NCBI RefSeq assembly: GCF_009914755.1
Contig: NC_060930.1
Reading direction: 5' to 3' (one strand)
DNA from: the human T2T-CHM13v2.0 reference genome, Homo sapiens
Length of the DNA: 64,000 nt
Position 1 is the first letter of the stretch. Every line of letters starts with the position of its first letter. The notes under the pieces are model-generated. The model ran no database searches and was not told the origin of the DNA. It was given only the letters and a program-made list of their open reading frames with translations. Made by a program: the position numbers and the translations under genes. This document shows positions 25,650-38,249 of the stretch, in pieces.

Positions 25650-26197
25650 AGGAAGAGCATTTGGAACCATGGCCCATTCTTTCTTCAAACTTCTTTTGGC
25701 TTCCACGGCATCTCTTTCTCTGCATTTCCTCTTTCCTCACTCCTTGGCTGGTGTGAGGGCCCCCGAGCTGCCACTCTAAGCTCATCTCTTGCCGTCTTTC
25801 TTATTCCTCAGGCTCCAAACACACCGGCTTCCCCGCCATCCCCCAAGCGTGCCAAGCGCTCTGCTGCCTCCGGGACTTGCTGTTTGCTTTTCTTTCTGCC
25901 CCAGCGCCTTTCCTGTGGCTGGCTCCTTCTCAGCCATCGGATTTGGCTCAAATGTTGCATCTCCTGAGAGCCTGTTTTTAAACCCTTGATTTTCCTCAGT
26001 TCTATTACCTTGTTTATTTTATTCAAAAGACTTATCATGAGCTGAAAGTATCTTTTTGTTTGCTCATACTCTATCTCCCTGACTAGAATTCTTCAACTAC
26101 GCATCCCGTCTATCTTATTTGCTTCAGCATCTCTCATGATTAGAACATAGCCTTGGTGAGTATTATAGTCTCATTAATTTTTAATCAAATGAATGAA
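25650..26197 (+). mobile_element. L2 3' region
   Basis: tggctggctccttctc...ctcaaatgt..catctcctgagag...ends in tgaatgaat. Confidence 0.7.
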
Positions 26198-26269
26198 TAT
26201 ATAATATACAGATACATAATACAAACAATTTAACCTGGCACATAAAAGACCAGGAGAGATAAGACATCC

Positions 26270-26567
26270 ATTTTCTGGTATTTAGAGGACTGTCATAAAG
26301 AAGAGGGATTTACCCTGGGCTACATCGGCTCTAGGAGATGGAACCGACTAAGAGTGGGAGCCGAAGCAGGTATATATTGGTGCAATTTAAGGAAGAACTT
26401 CCTACCAGGTAGAGTGTTCAAAGATGTAATAGCCTTTTTGGGAAGGTGATGAGCCTCTTACTACAGTTTTTCCCAAATAGACAGGTAGCTTCTGGGAAGA
26501 GATGATGTAAAGGAGATTCATAGCTGCTTGTAATAAGTGGCTTTTAAGGTTTCTTTCAATCCTGATT
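26270..26567 (+). mobile_element. L3/CR1 3' fragment
   Basis: taaggaagaacttccta...tagagtgttcaaagatg...gtgatgagc...taaggtttctttcaatcctgatt resembles the CR1/L3 3' end. Confidence 0.6.
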
Positions 26568-28503
26568 GTCTCTTAGAAGTTGGGTGCAGTGACTTTCTCT
26601 AAGGCATGTACTGTTCCAGGATGATACATAGATAAAGGTGAGGTTACTAGGAAAATGGACTCGATTGTTTAGCTGTATCCTAATACTTGTTTTCAAAGAG
26701 TAAGCTAAACACTTACAGTTTTTAAATTTAAAAATGAGATAGAGATCAACAACCTCAAAAACAACGTATTCAAATCCTGTGGCACCGCCTTTGCTCAGGG
26801 AGTCTTTAAAGTGCTTATTCTAGAATTTCCTGGAGAGTCATGTAACAGGAAGTTGTGCAAATTTGTTAAACACTTTATTTGTTAGATTTCAGTTTAAAAA
26901 ACTTCTGCTTTAAATCCATTCCTAGCGGGTAAAGATGTACCTCCACTAATTTGAAAGAACAAGTTAAAAGCTCTGAAAATAATTATAAAAGAGTGCACCA
27001 AAAAAATATTTGCCACAATGGCAGGATCGCTAAGGTAATTACAGTTCCTTCCAAGGTCATTACTTGGTGACAAATGCCTATTGGATATATTGGCTGTGTT
27101 GGGCATAGTAAAGAACAATGCCCAGGCGTATTGCCTGATGGGAATGTGGCCTGTGTGTGTCCATGCGTACATGCAGATTACAATACCAAATCTCTTCTTC
27201 TTAATCGTTTTTTGTTTGTTTTGACAAGAAGATTCTTACTCTATGGTTTCACACGTTGCATGCTAAATATTTCAGCCTTTGCAAATGTGATAAGTATGGG
27301 TTCTGACATTTTGAAGATCTTTTCAGAATATTTTAGAAATGTATTATGTTTATTCTACATATGCATGATCAGTGTTTTACATGTGATTATAGCTTTGCAT
27401 TTACAAAGAAAATAACTGTTAAGTAGGAAGCAATCCATTTGGATGCTCTAAAGAGTAATTTGAGTGGCTTGTAAACCTTTTACTGTTTTGTCTTAAATAT
27501 ATGGCTGATGATATACCTTTAAGTAGCCTTAAAATACTATAGTTTACTTTCTATGAATGACTGCAGAAATTTCAAGCATACACACAGTGCATAACATTCT
27601 ACATTATATTTTTACTTTTAAGAAACAAAATGTTTTTCCTGTCTAGTTCTAATTTATCACTTTGTAGTTATGCCCAGTGAACTGATAGGCCATTATCCCA
27701 TCTTATTAAAACACTCAGGGCTTGCTATCCCGACAATATATCAAAAGAAAAGCAAAACAAGAAGATGTATACAGAATACTTAAGTCAATTTTATCTTCAG
27801 AGTGCGGTTTTCAGGTAGAGACGTTGTAATTGTTAACAATAAAGGTAAAATGTAGTCTGGTTTTGCTTGAGTTTTCAGATCAATTTTTTAGACAAAAATC
27901 ATCCTATAGTTTAGTATTTGGCCAAATTATTTTCTTCTGAATCTCCCAAAAAGGAAATAAAGTATTCCTCTTATCAATTTGACCCCATAACAAATGCTGC
28001 CCTTTGGGCTTTTTTTCTTCAATTCCAAAAGCATTTTAACAACCATAATCCAAGACAAGAAGATAATATATTTATCATCTGATCATTTTTACAACTTCTG
28101 TTTTTCTGCTATAATAATATACCTTACTGTTAATCCTTCCCAGCTGTTGGAGTAAAGCACTTAGATTGAACTATGTCTGGGTTTTAAAGATCCAAAGCTG
28201 GAATGTTTTATTGTTGCTACCTTTTAATTAAAGGAAAACTAAAGGTTAGCTAGGTCCTGATAAAATTGGAATCAGATTAAGGTGAATTTTTCTCCCATAC
28301 TACAGTTTGTTGTCAGGTTTTAGGTAGTAATACTAGAATCAGACCCACCCCCGACCATCTGACTGTGCAGGTGAGAACTGTCACTTTGTCTTCAAGAAGC
28401 TTCAGGAAAGGAGGATGGGAGATATTTGGGAATATATTTTTCTCTAGGGGAAAAATAATAATATGTTAATAATTTAAATACCCAAGTTTTTAATATTGGG
28501 GAA

Positions 28504-28862
28504 TGTATTAGTCTGTTTTCACGCTGCTGATATATACATACCCAAGACTGGGTAATTTATAAAGAAAAAGAGGTTTAATGGACTCACAGTTCCATGTGGC
28601 TGGGGAGGCCTCACAATCATGGCAGAAGGTGAAAGACACATCTTACATGGCGGCAGGCAAGAGAGAATGAGAACCAAGTGAAAGGGGTTTCCCCTTATAA
28701 AACCATCAGATCTCATGAGACTGATTCACTACCACAAGAACAGTATGGGGGAAACTGCCCCCATGAGTCAGTTATCTCCCACTGGGTCCCTCCCTCAACA
28801 TGTGGAAATTATGGGAGCAATTGAAGATGAGATTCGGGTGGAGACACAGCCAAACCGTATCA
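28504..28862 (-). mobile_element. THE1 (B/C-like) solo LTR
   Basis: tgtattagtctgttttcacgctgctgat...gacacagccaaaccgtatca; 5-bp TSD gggaa on both sides. Confidence 0.95.
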
Positions 28863-29006
28863 GGGAATATATACTTATGACTGTCTCTTACTTTTTTGTC
28901 TGCCTACTTCTCTTAATTTGGGAAACTGCCCCCAAATACCCCTTTATGTGATCGTGAGGGGTTTGTCAACCAAAGACTACATTCACCCTGCCTCAGGGTG
29001 GGCCCC

Positions 29007-29458
29007 TGTATCAGTTGGGACATTCCAGAGAAACAGAACCAATAGGTTAACACATAATAGGGAGATTTATCTTAGGGAATTGACTTGTGTGATTGCAGGG
29101 GCTGGCGAGTCTGAAATCCACAGGGCAGGCCAGCAGCCTGGAAATAAGTGTTGATGCTGCACTCTTGAGTCCGAAATCCGCAGGGCAGACTGATAGGCAG
29201 GAAACTCAGGCAAGGGTTCTATGTTACAGCCTTGAAGCTAGATTCCTTCCTCCTCCTTCAGAACCTCAGCTTTTCCTCTGAAGGTTTTCACCCAGCCAGA
29301 TGAGGCTATATAGGGAGGGTAATTTCCTTTACATAAAGTCAACTGATTTTAAGTGTTAATGACATCTACAGAATACCTTCACAGAAACATCTACATGAAT
29401 GACGCAACAGCTGGGCAACATGGCGCAGCCACAGCAACAAATAAAAGTAACCATTGCA
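29007..29458 (-). mobile_element. MLT2 (C/D-like) ERVL solo LTR
   Basis: ccagagaaacagaaccaatagg...ggaaactcaggca...gagggtaatt...aaagtcaactgatt...aataccttcacagaaacatcta. Confidence 0.85.
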
Positions 29459-29789
29459 GCCAGTGAGTCCCACAGGGCCCTTCTGTGAAACTCACACAGA
29501 CTCAGGAAAACCACTGGGCATTTTCTCTCAAGTCGGGGAACAGCCCCTGCTGGTTGAAGGGCCTGCTAGAGAATGCAGCTGACCTGGGAGCACGTGGAGT
29601 GAGGGAGCGAGGGAGGCCATCCTGGTGGCAGTGTCCGATTCCTGGATACAGCCGTGCTGCCGCCCAACTCAACCCTGGAATTCCCTCTCTTGCTTGAGCA
29701 ACTAAGACTCTTGATGAATGAAGAAGACTTTTAGAAACCTATTAATACTTAAGGTTAGGATGCAGCTTACATGTTAAATGACGTTCAGA

Positions 29790-30110
29790 AATCCATTCAG
29801 TCATTTTTTCACCAGTGTTTTAGTGCCTGCATTTTACCTTTATGGAAATGTTAGGCATTGAGATTAAAGTAGTGAGCAAGAGAAACCCAGTGCCTGACCT
29901 GTTTAGTGGAATAAGCAACATTGAATGATAAATGACAAGGAAAAAAGCTTACAAAAGAGTAAGGAGATGATATGGCATGAGAATAATGCAGGAGTGGCCG
30001 ACTATCTTTGGGTGAAGATTAGGCTTCTTTGAGGAAATGCATTTGTGATGCAACCCCCGAAGGTGAGGATGAGTTAGCTGGGAGGGGAAGAGTGATCTAG
30101 TCCAAGGGAA
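29790..30110 (-). mobile_element. L2 fragment
   Basis: cattcagtcatt...taggcattgagattaaagtagtgagcaag...ggcttctttgaggaa. Confidence 0.55.
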
Positions 30111-33100
30111 GTATGGGAATGAAAGAGCAAGGACTATACATGGAGTTGAAAGGGCACAATGCCTGGGACAGAGACAGAGATGAGAAGAGAGACAGGGGGA
30201 ATTCATGAATTGGGCATCAGGAAAAGCCTCCTGGTCCCCTGTAAGCCTTGCCTACATTGGAGCAACAAGGTGGTGGTGGCCTCGTTGCCTGACGCAGGAG
30301 GACTGGAGAAGGAAATGTCTGCAAGAGGTAAGATAGTCATTCAGTTGAGGATGCATTAGGCTTGGGAGGAGATGTTTAAGAAGCACCATGAGCATTTAGG
30401 GCTCAGGAGAGCTGCCTGTACTATCACCTGTCATCTGTGTGAATGGAGTGGGAAGGGAACTGAAGATGGAAAGGATGCTTTCTGAAGGTAATAATAATTA
30501 TGAGACAGTGCTTTAGCTTATTGCCAGTAAAATAAGCTTACCAATTTTAAAAGGGAGAAACCGTTTCTGTTTGCTGACCAGACTGGCAGCATTTACAGTC
30601 ACTAAGTGGGAGCTGGAAAGAATCCCGCAGCTCGTCTAATTCCACCCTTTAATTTCAAAAATAAAGAGATTGAAGCCGAGAGAGACAGTCAGGAGGACCA
30701 AAACCCAAACCTTCTGACGTCTGCTACTTTGCTGTTTCTACTACAGTTTTGTGGAAAGGGAGAGAGGGAGACAGGGAAAAAGAACACTTTAATGTAATAA
30801 ACATTTCCATCTTTTCACTTTCCCTTTAATTTTATTTATATAGCCATGCACCTAATTTAGCTTCCAATTAATGTTGAGCTGTGGTGGATTGGTGGGAGCT
30901 GCCCGAAGCACTCTATCTGAAGCCACTTTGGTTTTCAGTGTTTAGTATGAGTAAGGCATGTATCTAATGTCCAAACCAGTCCAATGGAGAGTGAAATGGT
31001 GGTTATTCCTCATGCAGAGACAGCAGGCATGAACCAGAACTGTCCCCAGCAAACTAGAACCCGTGGTCTCCCTAACCACGAGGACTATAGGAAGAAAATG
31101 CAGCATGGGAGCCATTTTGCAATTCCTGGTTTATATGGTTTTCCTATCGAAGTTAGAATTTGTTAAGATTTTGATACAGAAAAAAAGGGGGGGAAAGCTG
31201 AGGAAAAATTGATTCCAACTGCGGCAAGGTTTTCAAATTTTTTACTATTGTCTTCTTCATGGAGATGTATTAATTATTCATCTTGAATTTTAATAATGAT
31301 TTTTTGTGTGTGTTCCAAAAAAAGGAATTAAAATAATTACTTTGTATAAGTCTACCTTGATCCAAAATAAGTATTTCAAAATAGGAAACATGTAAATGTC
31401 AATTTAATGCAAAGCTCTTTCTCCTTTAAGTCAATCCTCTTCCTCTGAAATAAAATCTTCTGTAAAGGTAATAGTATTTGTCTCTCCTTGTGATGAGCAT
31501 TTTTAGAGTTTTAGAAATTTCTTTGACACTGGAAGGAAATTTTCTTTTCTTGGTAAAAACTAAATAATCAGTAGAGAATAGTGCTTCCAAAACAATTTTA
31601 AATGCCAGACCGTATTTCAAACAACCGTCTAATTTGAGTTAAGTACATTTGGGAAATATAGTTATCACCAATGTTGACAGAAAACTTAATATTGGTGATC
31701 ACGACAGGCATAGATCAAGCACTGATGAATATGCCTTTGATGGAGTTTTCTCACGATCTTCTTCATGTGCAGGTGATGACAGCTCTTTCTTCCGTGGTGT
31801 TTACCTGTACATCAATACTACAGGCATCTCAAAAGACGTTACAAGTATTGAAGATCTTTATGCCTCTGCCTGTGGGATTTCTTTAGGGAACTGACATATT
31901 GCTAAAGAATAGACTCAACATCCATTACTAGCTTTCATTCAAATCTCTGTACCTCACAGAAAATTTCACTGAAAACAATGATCGTATACCTTGTATATCA
32001 GAGAGATGTTCATGTTATGGGAAATGTGGAATAAGTTCTGGAATATAGTGCATATGAAAACCAGTGAGTTTTAGGAAAATATTTAAATGTGGAGAAATGC
32101 AAATTATACTCAAATGTGGGCTTCATCAGTGTGAGGAGCTAAGGTTGCTAGGGTATTGAAAGTTAATACTCTATGAAATGCATCTTAAGCAGAAGCCTTA
32201 AATTAAAAATCTACACAAATCAAACTAAGTGTCATTATTGAAAAGCATTTTGTTCATATACCATGAGTTCTTTATATGAATGATTTGCATGTATCAGATC
32301 TTTTTTTTATTCCAGACATTTTGTCCTGGAAAATATGAACTTGTTTATGGAAATTTTGCCCTTTAAATGTTGCAGCTTTAAAATACGGCTGCTCCCTGTT
32401 CTATAGTTTAAAAATGGCTTAGATTCAGTAGTTTATTTGTAAATATTATCAATACATGCCTATTTTATGTATTTAGTAGGTGGATATCTGAACTCATTCA
32501 TAAGGAAAAATTGAAATTAAACAATTTTTCTTTCAATTGGGCATTTCTAATATTTTTTACATGATCTGAAAATTAATTCCTAGGATCATTTGAAAAGACT
32601 TCTGGGTAAGGGGAAGGGAAGAGAGTAGAAAAATGCTTCCTACACATTTAGCCATTAGATTTTAGTCCTCAGCAGGCAGGTTTTTCTGGTGTGACTTCAT
32701 CAAGCATAACTTAATAGAGAAAAGGATGATTTCATTTATTTTAATCTACAACCTCAAATAACATAAAGACCTATGAAGTATGCGTGACTCTTTCTTAAGA
32801 CTCTTAAGAAAGATTCACACATAAAAAGAGCTACATTATTTTATATATATTATTTCTTAAAAAATGCGTTTACACTTGAAATAGACTCATAAATACTATG
32901 GAAGCTATAAAACATATTTTGAAAGCAAGTCCTAAAGTCTTCAGGGTACGTCTGTCCTCATAGCAAACTAGTGATTTGAGAGTTCCCTCTATCTTTCAGA
33001 ATTTATGTAGCTGAATCTTAAGGACCAGACTTATGACACTTATGACACTGCCATCTTCAAGGTATTTGCCATATAATTTCAGTGACTGAAATCTCATATG

Positions 33101-33203
33101 CCTTGAAAACCTAAGAGCTGTGATATTGCAACAAAAGGACAACCAAGTGACATTTCCTGCAAATTTTGAGAGTTATACATACGCCTCTCAAATAAATTGA
33201 AAC

Positions 33204-33237
33204 TGCAATTTGGGTATGTAACCACCAGATGTCACTG
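33204..33237 (+). promoter_or_regulatory. Candidate CTCF site with upstream motif
   Basis: tgcaatttg-N5-gtaaCCACCAGATGTCACtg matches the CTCF core and upstream TGCA module by eye; motif match only. Confidence 0.4.
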
Positions 33238-33484
33238 TCTTGTGATTTTTAAGTCATAGGCATATATTAATACTTACATAAAGTCATATACCAATTTTAC
33301 ACTTTTCCTATTGAATAAATTATAACTCTTTATACAGAAACAATAAAAAGACTACATTAATGTTTGGTTTTGAAACTCAAACTTCAGCCAAGTTGTCTTA
33401 ATTCACATACATACCTGCTAAGTAGTGGATATCTCTCATTTCAAAAGCATGCATTTCTGCAAAACTGGATTATCATAATCGTGT

Positions 33485-34030
33485 TTAGGACTCTTTAGGT
33501 TGCATCTTAAAGAAGCCCAACCTAGCCTAAGCACAAAACAGGAAATCCATTGGCACACATACAGAAGCCCAGTGGTGTACTGCCTTCAGGCATGGCCTAT
33601 TCCAGAGGCTATAATCCATTTTATCACAATGCATCACTCAGTAGGCTCTCCACCAAATAGCACATGATATGGCCCTGCAGCTGAAGACCCACATTCTACA
33701 ACCTCAGTAGAGACAGGCCATTCCGAGACATTCCATGTCTCTGCTCTTTTCAGGTTCTGTAACCACAGTAGAGATAGGCCATTTTCCCCAATAGCTGGCA
33801 GAAATGAGCTGAAATAAGTTTTGATTAGCCAGTCTTGGGTTTCATAAACCTTCAGGATCCAGTCATTATGGACAGGGGCATGGCATACTTGGATTAGCCA
33901 GAATCAGGGGCCCACTGCTTGGCTGTGGCAGTGGCTAGGCCATCAGCCTGACTTAACAATATGGGATGGATCTCCACAGGAAGCATGGCACCATTAGTAC
34001 AGCACAGGGAGATGGAAGCTGGGTGGGCAT
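33485..34030 (-). mobile_element. Old MLT1-type MaLR LTR
   Basis: ttaggactctttaggttgca...cttcaggcatggc...gattagccagtcttgggt...ggacaggggcatggcatac. Confidence 0.6.
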
Positions 34031-34416
34031 ATCAAATTATTGGACTGTCATTCCATGTCTCTGCTCTTCTCAGGAGCAAGCAGTCATGTCCATGGCTGCC
34101 AGAGTGACCCCTCTAGAACAAAATCTCGAAATGCTACTCTTCTCTCAAGAGGGCAAGATGCAGTACAAACTGTGTAGTATACACGACTCCTCTTGACCTA
34201 ACTTCTTCCTTTTCCTGCTTTAGTCTCATCTCCCATCACTGCTGAATCCAACCACATGAACTCTTTGCAATTCTAACAAATGATCATACTCTTTCAGGTA
34301 CTACTTTCCACTTCACAAGCCTTACTCTTTCTCATAACAAAGGCTTTTCCCAAGTTATTTCCGTCTGGAAGTCCTTCCATACCGTTGTCTTTATGCATCA
34401 TTTAAAAATCATCCTT

Positions 34417-34843
<427 letters not shown>

Positions 34844-35114
34844 TCACACTGCATTATAATATTTGATGGTGGGGTTATTGGCCATTAAACAGAACTTCTT
34901 AAGAGTAAGGGCCATGAATTATCTGAATTATCCTCCATGAATTATCCCCCAATACCTGGTACAGTGATTGGCACATGATGGGGATTGAATGAATGGTTGA
35001 TGAATGAAGGAAGGAATGCATGAACAAATTAGTAGATTTGAATCGGTTTTACACTAGAATAATTTCCTCTTTGCTCTCTGCAAACACGTATATGAAGAAG
35101 CACTTGAGTGTCAG

Positions 35115-35450
35115 TATGTATAGTGTTAAAATCAGTGTAAGCTTTAGAGCTAGAATGCCTGGGCTCAGATTCTTGCGTCTTCACTTACCAGTTGTGTAAC
35201 TGTGGGCAAAGCACCTAACCTTCTGTGCCTCTGTTTTCTCATATGTAAAAAGATAGTGGTAATAGTTTCCACTTTGCTAAGTGTTTACTTCTTTAATCTT
35301 CACCAACTCTGTCATAAACATAATTATTCTTATTTCTTAGGTAAGTGAACTGAGACTCAGAATGCTTAAATAACTTCCTCAAGGTCACACGGGTTCTAAA
35401 ATGGGGAGCTACTATTCTAATTAAAGATTATCTGATGCTAAAGCCCTCAC
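35115..35450. mobile_element. Two MIR fragments in opposite orientation
   Basis: tgtgtaactgtgggcaa..taaccttctgtgcctctgtttt (+) then aactgagactcagaatgcttaaataacttcctcaaggtcacac (-). Confidence 0.75.
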
Positions 35451-36849
35451 AGTTTCAGCTGCACTGAGATTTCACAATTGGTTCTTACTGGCTGGAAGAA
35501 GGATACAGGGAAATATTTTCCTTCCCTTAGCTAATTTTTGTCCTAATGATTACTTTCTGTATAAGATTGTAACATGAACCATGTAGCTTTGAGATATTGC
35601 TATAATTGTGCTCACTACTGCTAAGCTGTATTGTTTATACCTTCAGATAGTTGAACATAGATAGTTGAGAAATAAATGCCAACATTTTCATTTGAATTGA
35701 AAAAAAACCACAAAAACCATTATATTAAACCTTTCTATTTGTGTAGATATTAGCAATTTTCCCCAAAACAAAACAAGATACATTCAAATTGTAAATAGCT
35801 CAAAATGGCAGAAGTTTATTCAGGATGAATTTGTTCAGGATGTAGTTAAATGGATTCTCTTCTCCATTCTTGTGTGTCAGATTACCTAAATAGAGGCAGT
35901 GGGGTCTCCAAAACTCTAAGAGGGCAACATGGAAGCAGTAGCAGTTCATTGCCCATAATTTTCTCTGCAGATTAGTTCAGAGAGCCCACTTAGAAAGGAG
36001 GAAAAATGAATCAAACCAAAAGTTAAAGCAACTTTCTCACCTTCCGGCTCTCCACAGATGCTGCTGGCTACAGTGATTCTGAGGATTATATATAACTCAT
36101 TTACCATCCCAAAGTCATGAAAGTAGACTTTGTATTAAAGGACAATTGAACAAACTCTGGTATACTAAGAAGCATTAGGAGAATATTAGACAATTGTTGA
36201 GTAGGATATTTGATATATGTTCTAAGTCATGATGCGCATCTGCATCGATATCAATTTGTTTTCATTAACTTAGACAATTAAAATCAAGAACTAAGTTATT
36301 TTAAGCAAACAGCTTCATTTTACATTCATTTATTTCTGCTTTGCATGAAGCACAGCTGCATTATAATGTGATCAAGCACAATAAATTGTGCTCTGTTGTT
36401 TATAGATGGAAGATTGTACCACTCAGGTACATGTACAATTTTACCACAAGTGTTTTGAAAGTACAAGTGTGTGAGATTTTCTTCTCTTCTGAAAATAATT
36501 CTTACTCAGACTTTAGAAACTATGGATTTTCTACCTCCTATTACCAAAAATAAATGCAATGTTCTGGGCCAATGGCCTGAAGTTACTTAACTGAAGTTAT
36601 TTAATTGGTAGTATCTTTTCCAATGTTTTTGAAAAATATATTGAGTGAAATAGCTACTGCATTTAGGATACTTACAGAATATAGATATGGATATATAGAT
36701 AGATATGCAGTGAACAACTTTGTAGGTCTCCCCTGGGGCACATGCATGACAATTCTCTAGGTTTATAACCAGAAGTAGAGGGTCTGTGTTATAGTAAATG
36801 CCCATCTTTAGATTTACTTGTTACTGGCAAATTGCTCTCTACCCAAATT

Positions 36850-37268
36850 CAGGATAATTCATTCAAAGAGGGTTTATTTACAAAGATTTTCAAAGGTGTA
36901 GGGAGAGGGTAAACCAAGTGATAATGCTGTGACCTAGGGCTAGTGGCAGCTGAGCTTTGGACACTGCTAGGCCCAAAAGGATGATAGGAGGGAAAGATTC
37001 CTTAACTCTGAAAGTCCTGTAGAAAAAGTTGCCTTCAGAAGAGAAGTAACCTATAATTGAGAAAACCTGGCAGAGAGGGAGCCTGGGAAACAAATTCCTC
37101 TTTCCAGTCTCTCCTCTCTACTTCCGCTCTTCTGCCAAAGTCCCTCACTGGCCAAACAAAATGGTGGCCAGAAGACACTGGGGTCCATTGGTGTTGACCA
37201 TACAGGTTACTTTCTCATAGCAGAGAGCACAGAGGATCTGGAAAGGAAAACTGAGTATGTCCAGCCAC
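36850..37268 (-). mobile_element. Old ERVL LTR (LTR33-like)
   Basis: tatttacaaag..ggtgtaggga..gggctagtggcagc...ggatctggaaaggaaaactgagtatgtccagc resembles the recalled LTR33 consensus. Confidence 0.6.
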
Positions 37269-37699
37269 AAGGTCAATCCAAGTTGTTAGAAGTATATTTT
37301 GTCTGTTGCTAATGCCTGCTATAGAGTAGTACTCCCTAGTATATTTCCATCATTTAAAAAAATCTATCCTGTTTCCTTGTGATCAACTTCCAGGTTGCCT
37401 CCAATTCCCTTCTGCCACTAATAGTGCTGTAAGGCACTTTTTTTGTATATGCTCTCTTATGAACTTGAAGTCTTCTTAGGGGTCTAAATCCAGTAGCAGA
37501 ATCAACTGGTCTTCGGGTGCATGTGTATGCTTAACTTGAATGAGGGTCCTCTACCCTCCCAGAAGCAGTGCACAAGTATTGCGGTATCACCACATCCTTG
37601 CCAGCATGTAGCAGCTTTGTAACTTCTGCCACTGTAGTAAGTGTAAGTGAAGTTTCCTGTATACACTATGATACATTCATGTAAATGTTAAACACATAA

Positions 37700-38012
<313 letters not shown>

Positions 38013-38249
38013 CACACATTATATTCTTATAAATACATGTGTAGTAAAATCCAAAACAAACAAACAAAAAAAAAAAAAACAAAATTGGATTGGAAAGCTA
38101 CCATTGGGGATAAGCTCAAAGGATATTTCGACTTCATATAAAATTTTATGTATATAAAATGTTTAAAGAAGTATGGCAAAATATCAACATTTATGCCTAT
38201 TGTTCCAATGTAAGCCTTTAGGCTTATTTGTGTGTTCACATTATGATTT

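Noticed and set aside
31720-31765. YAFDGVFSRSSS resembling the kinesin F-FD-VF motif
   Set aside because: No following YNGTIFAYGQT/P-loop; too short to support
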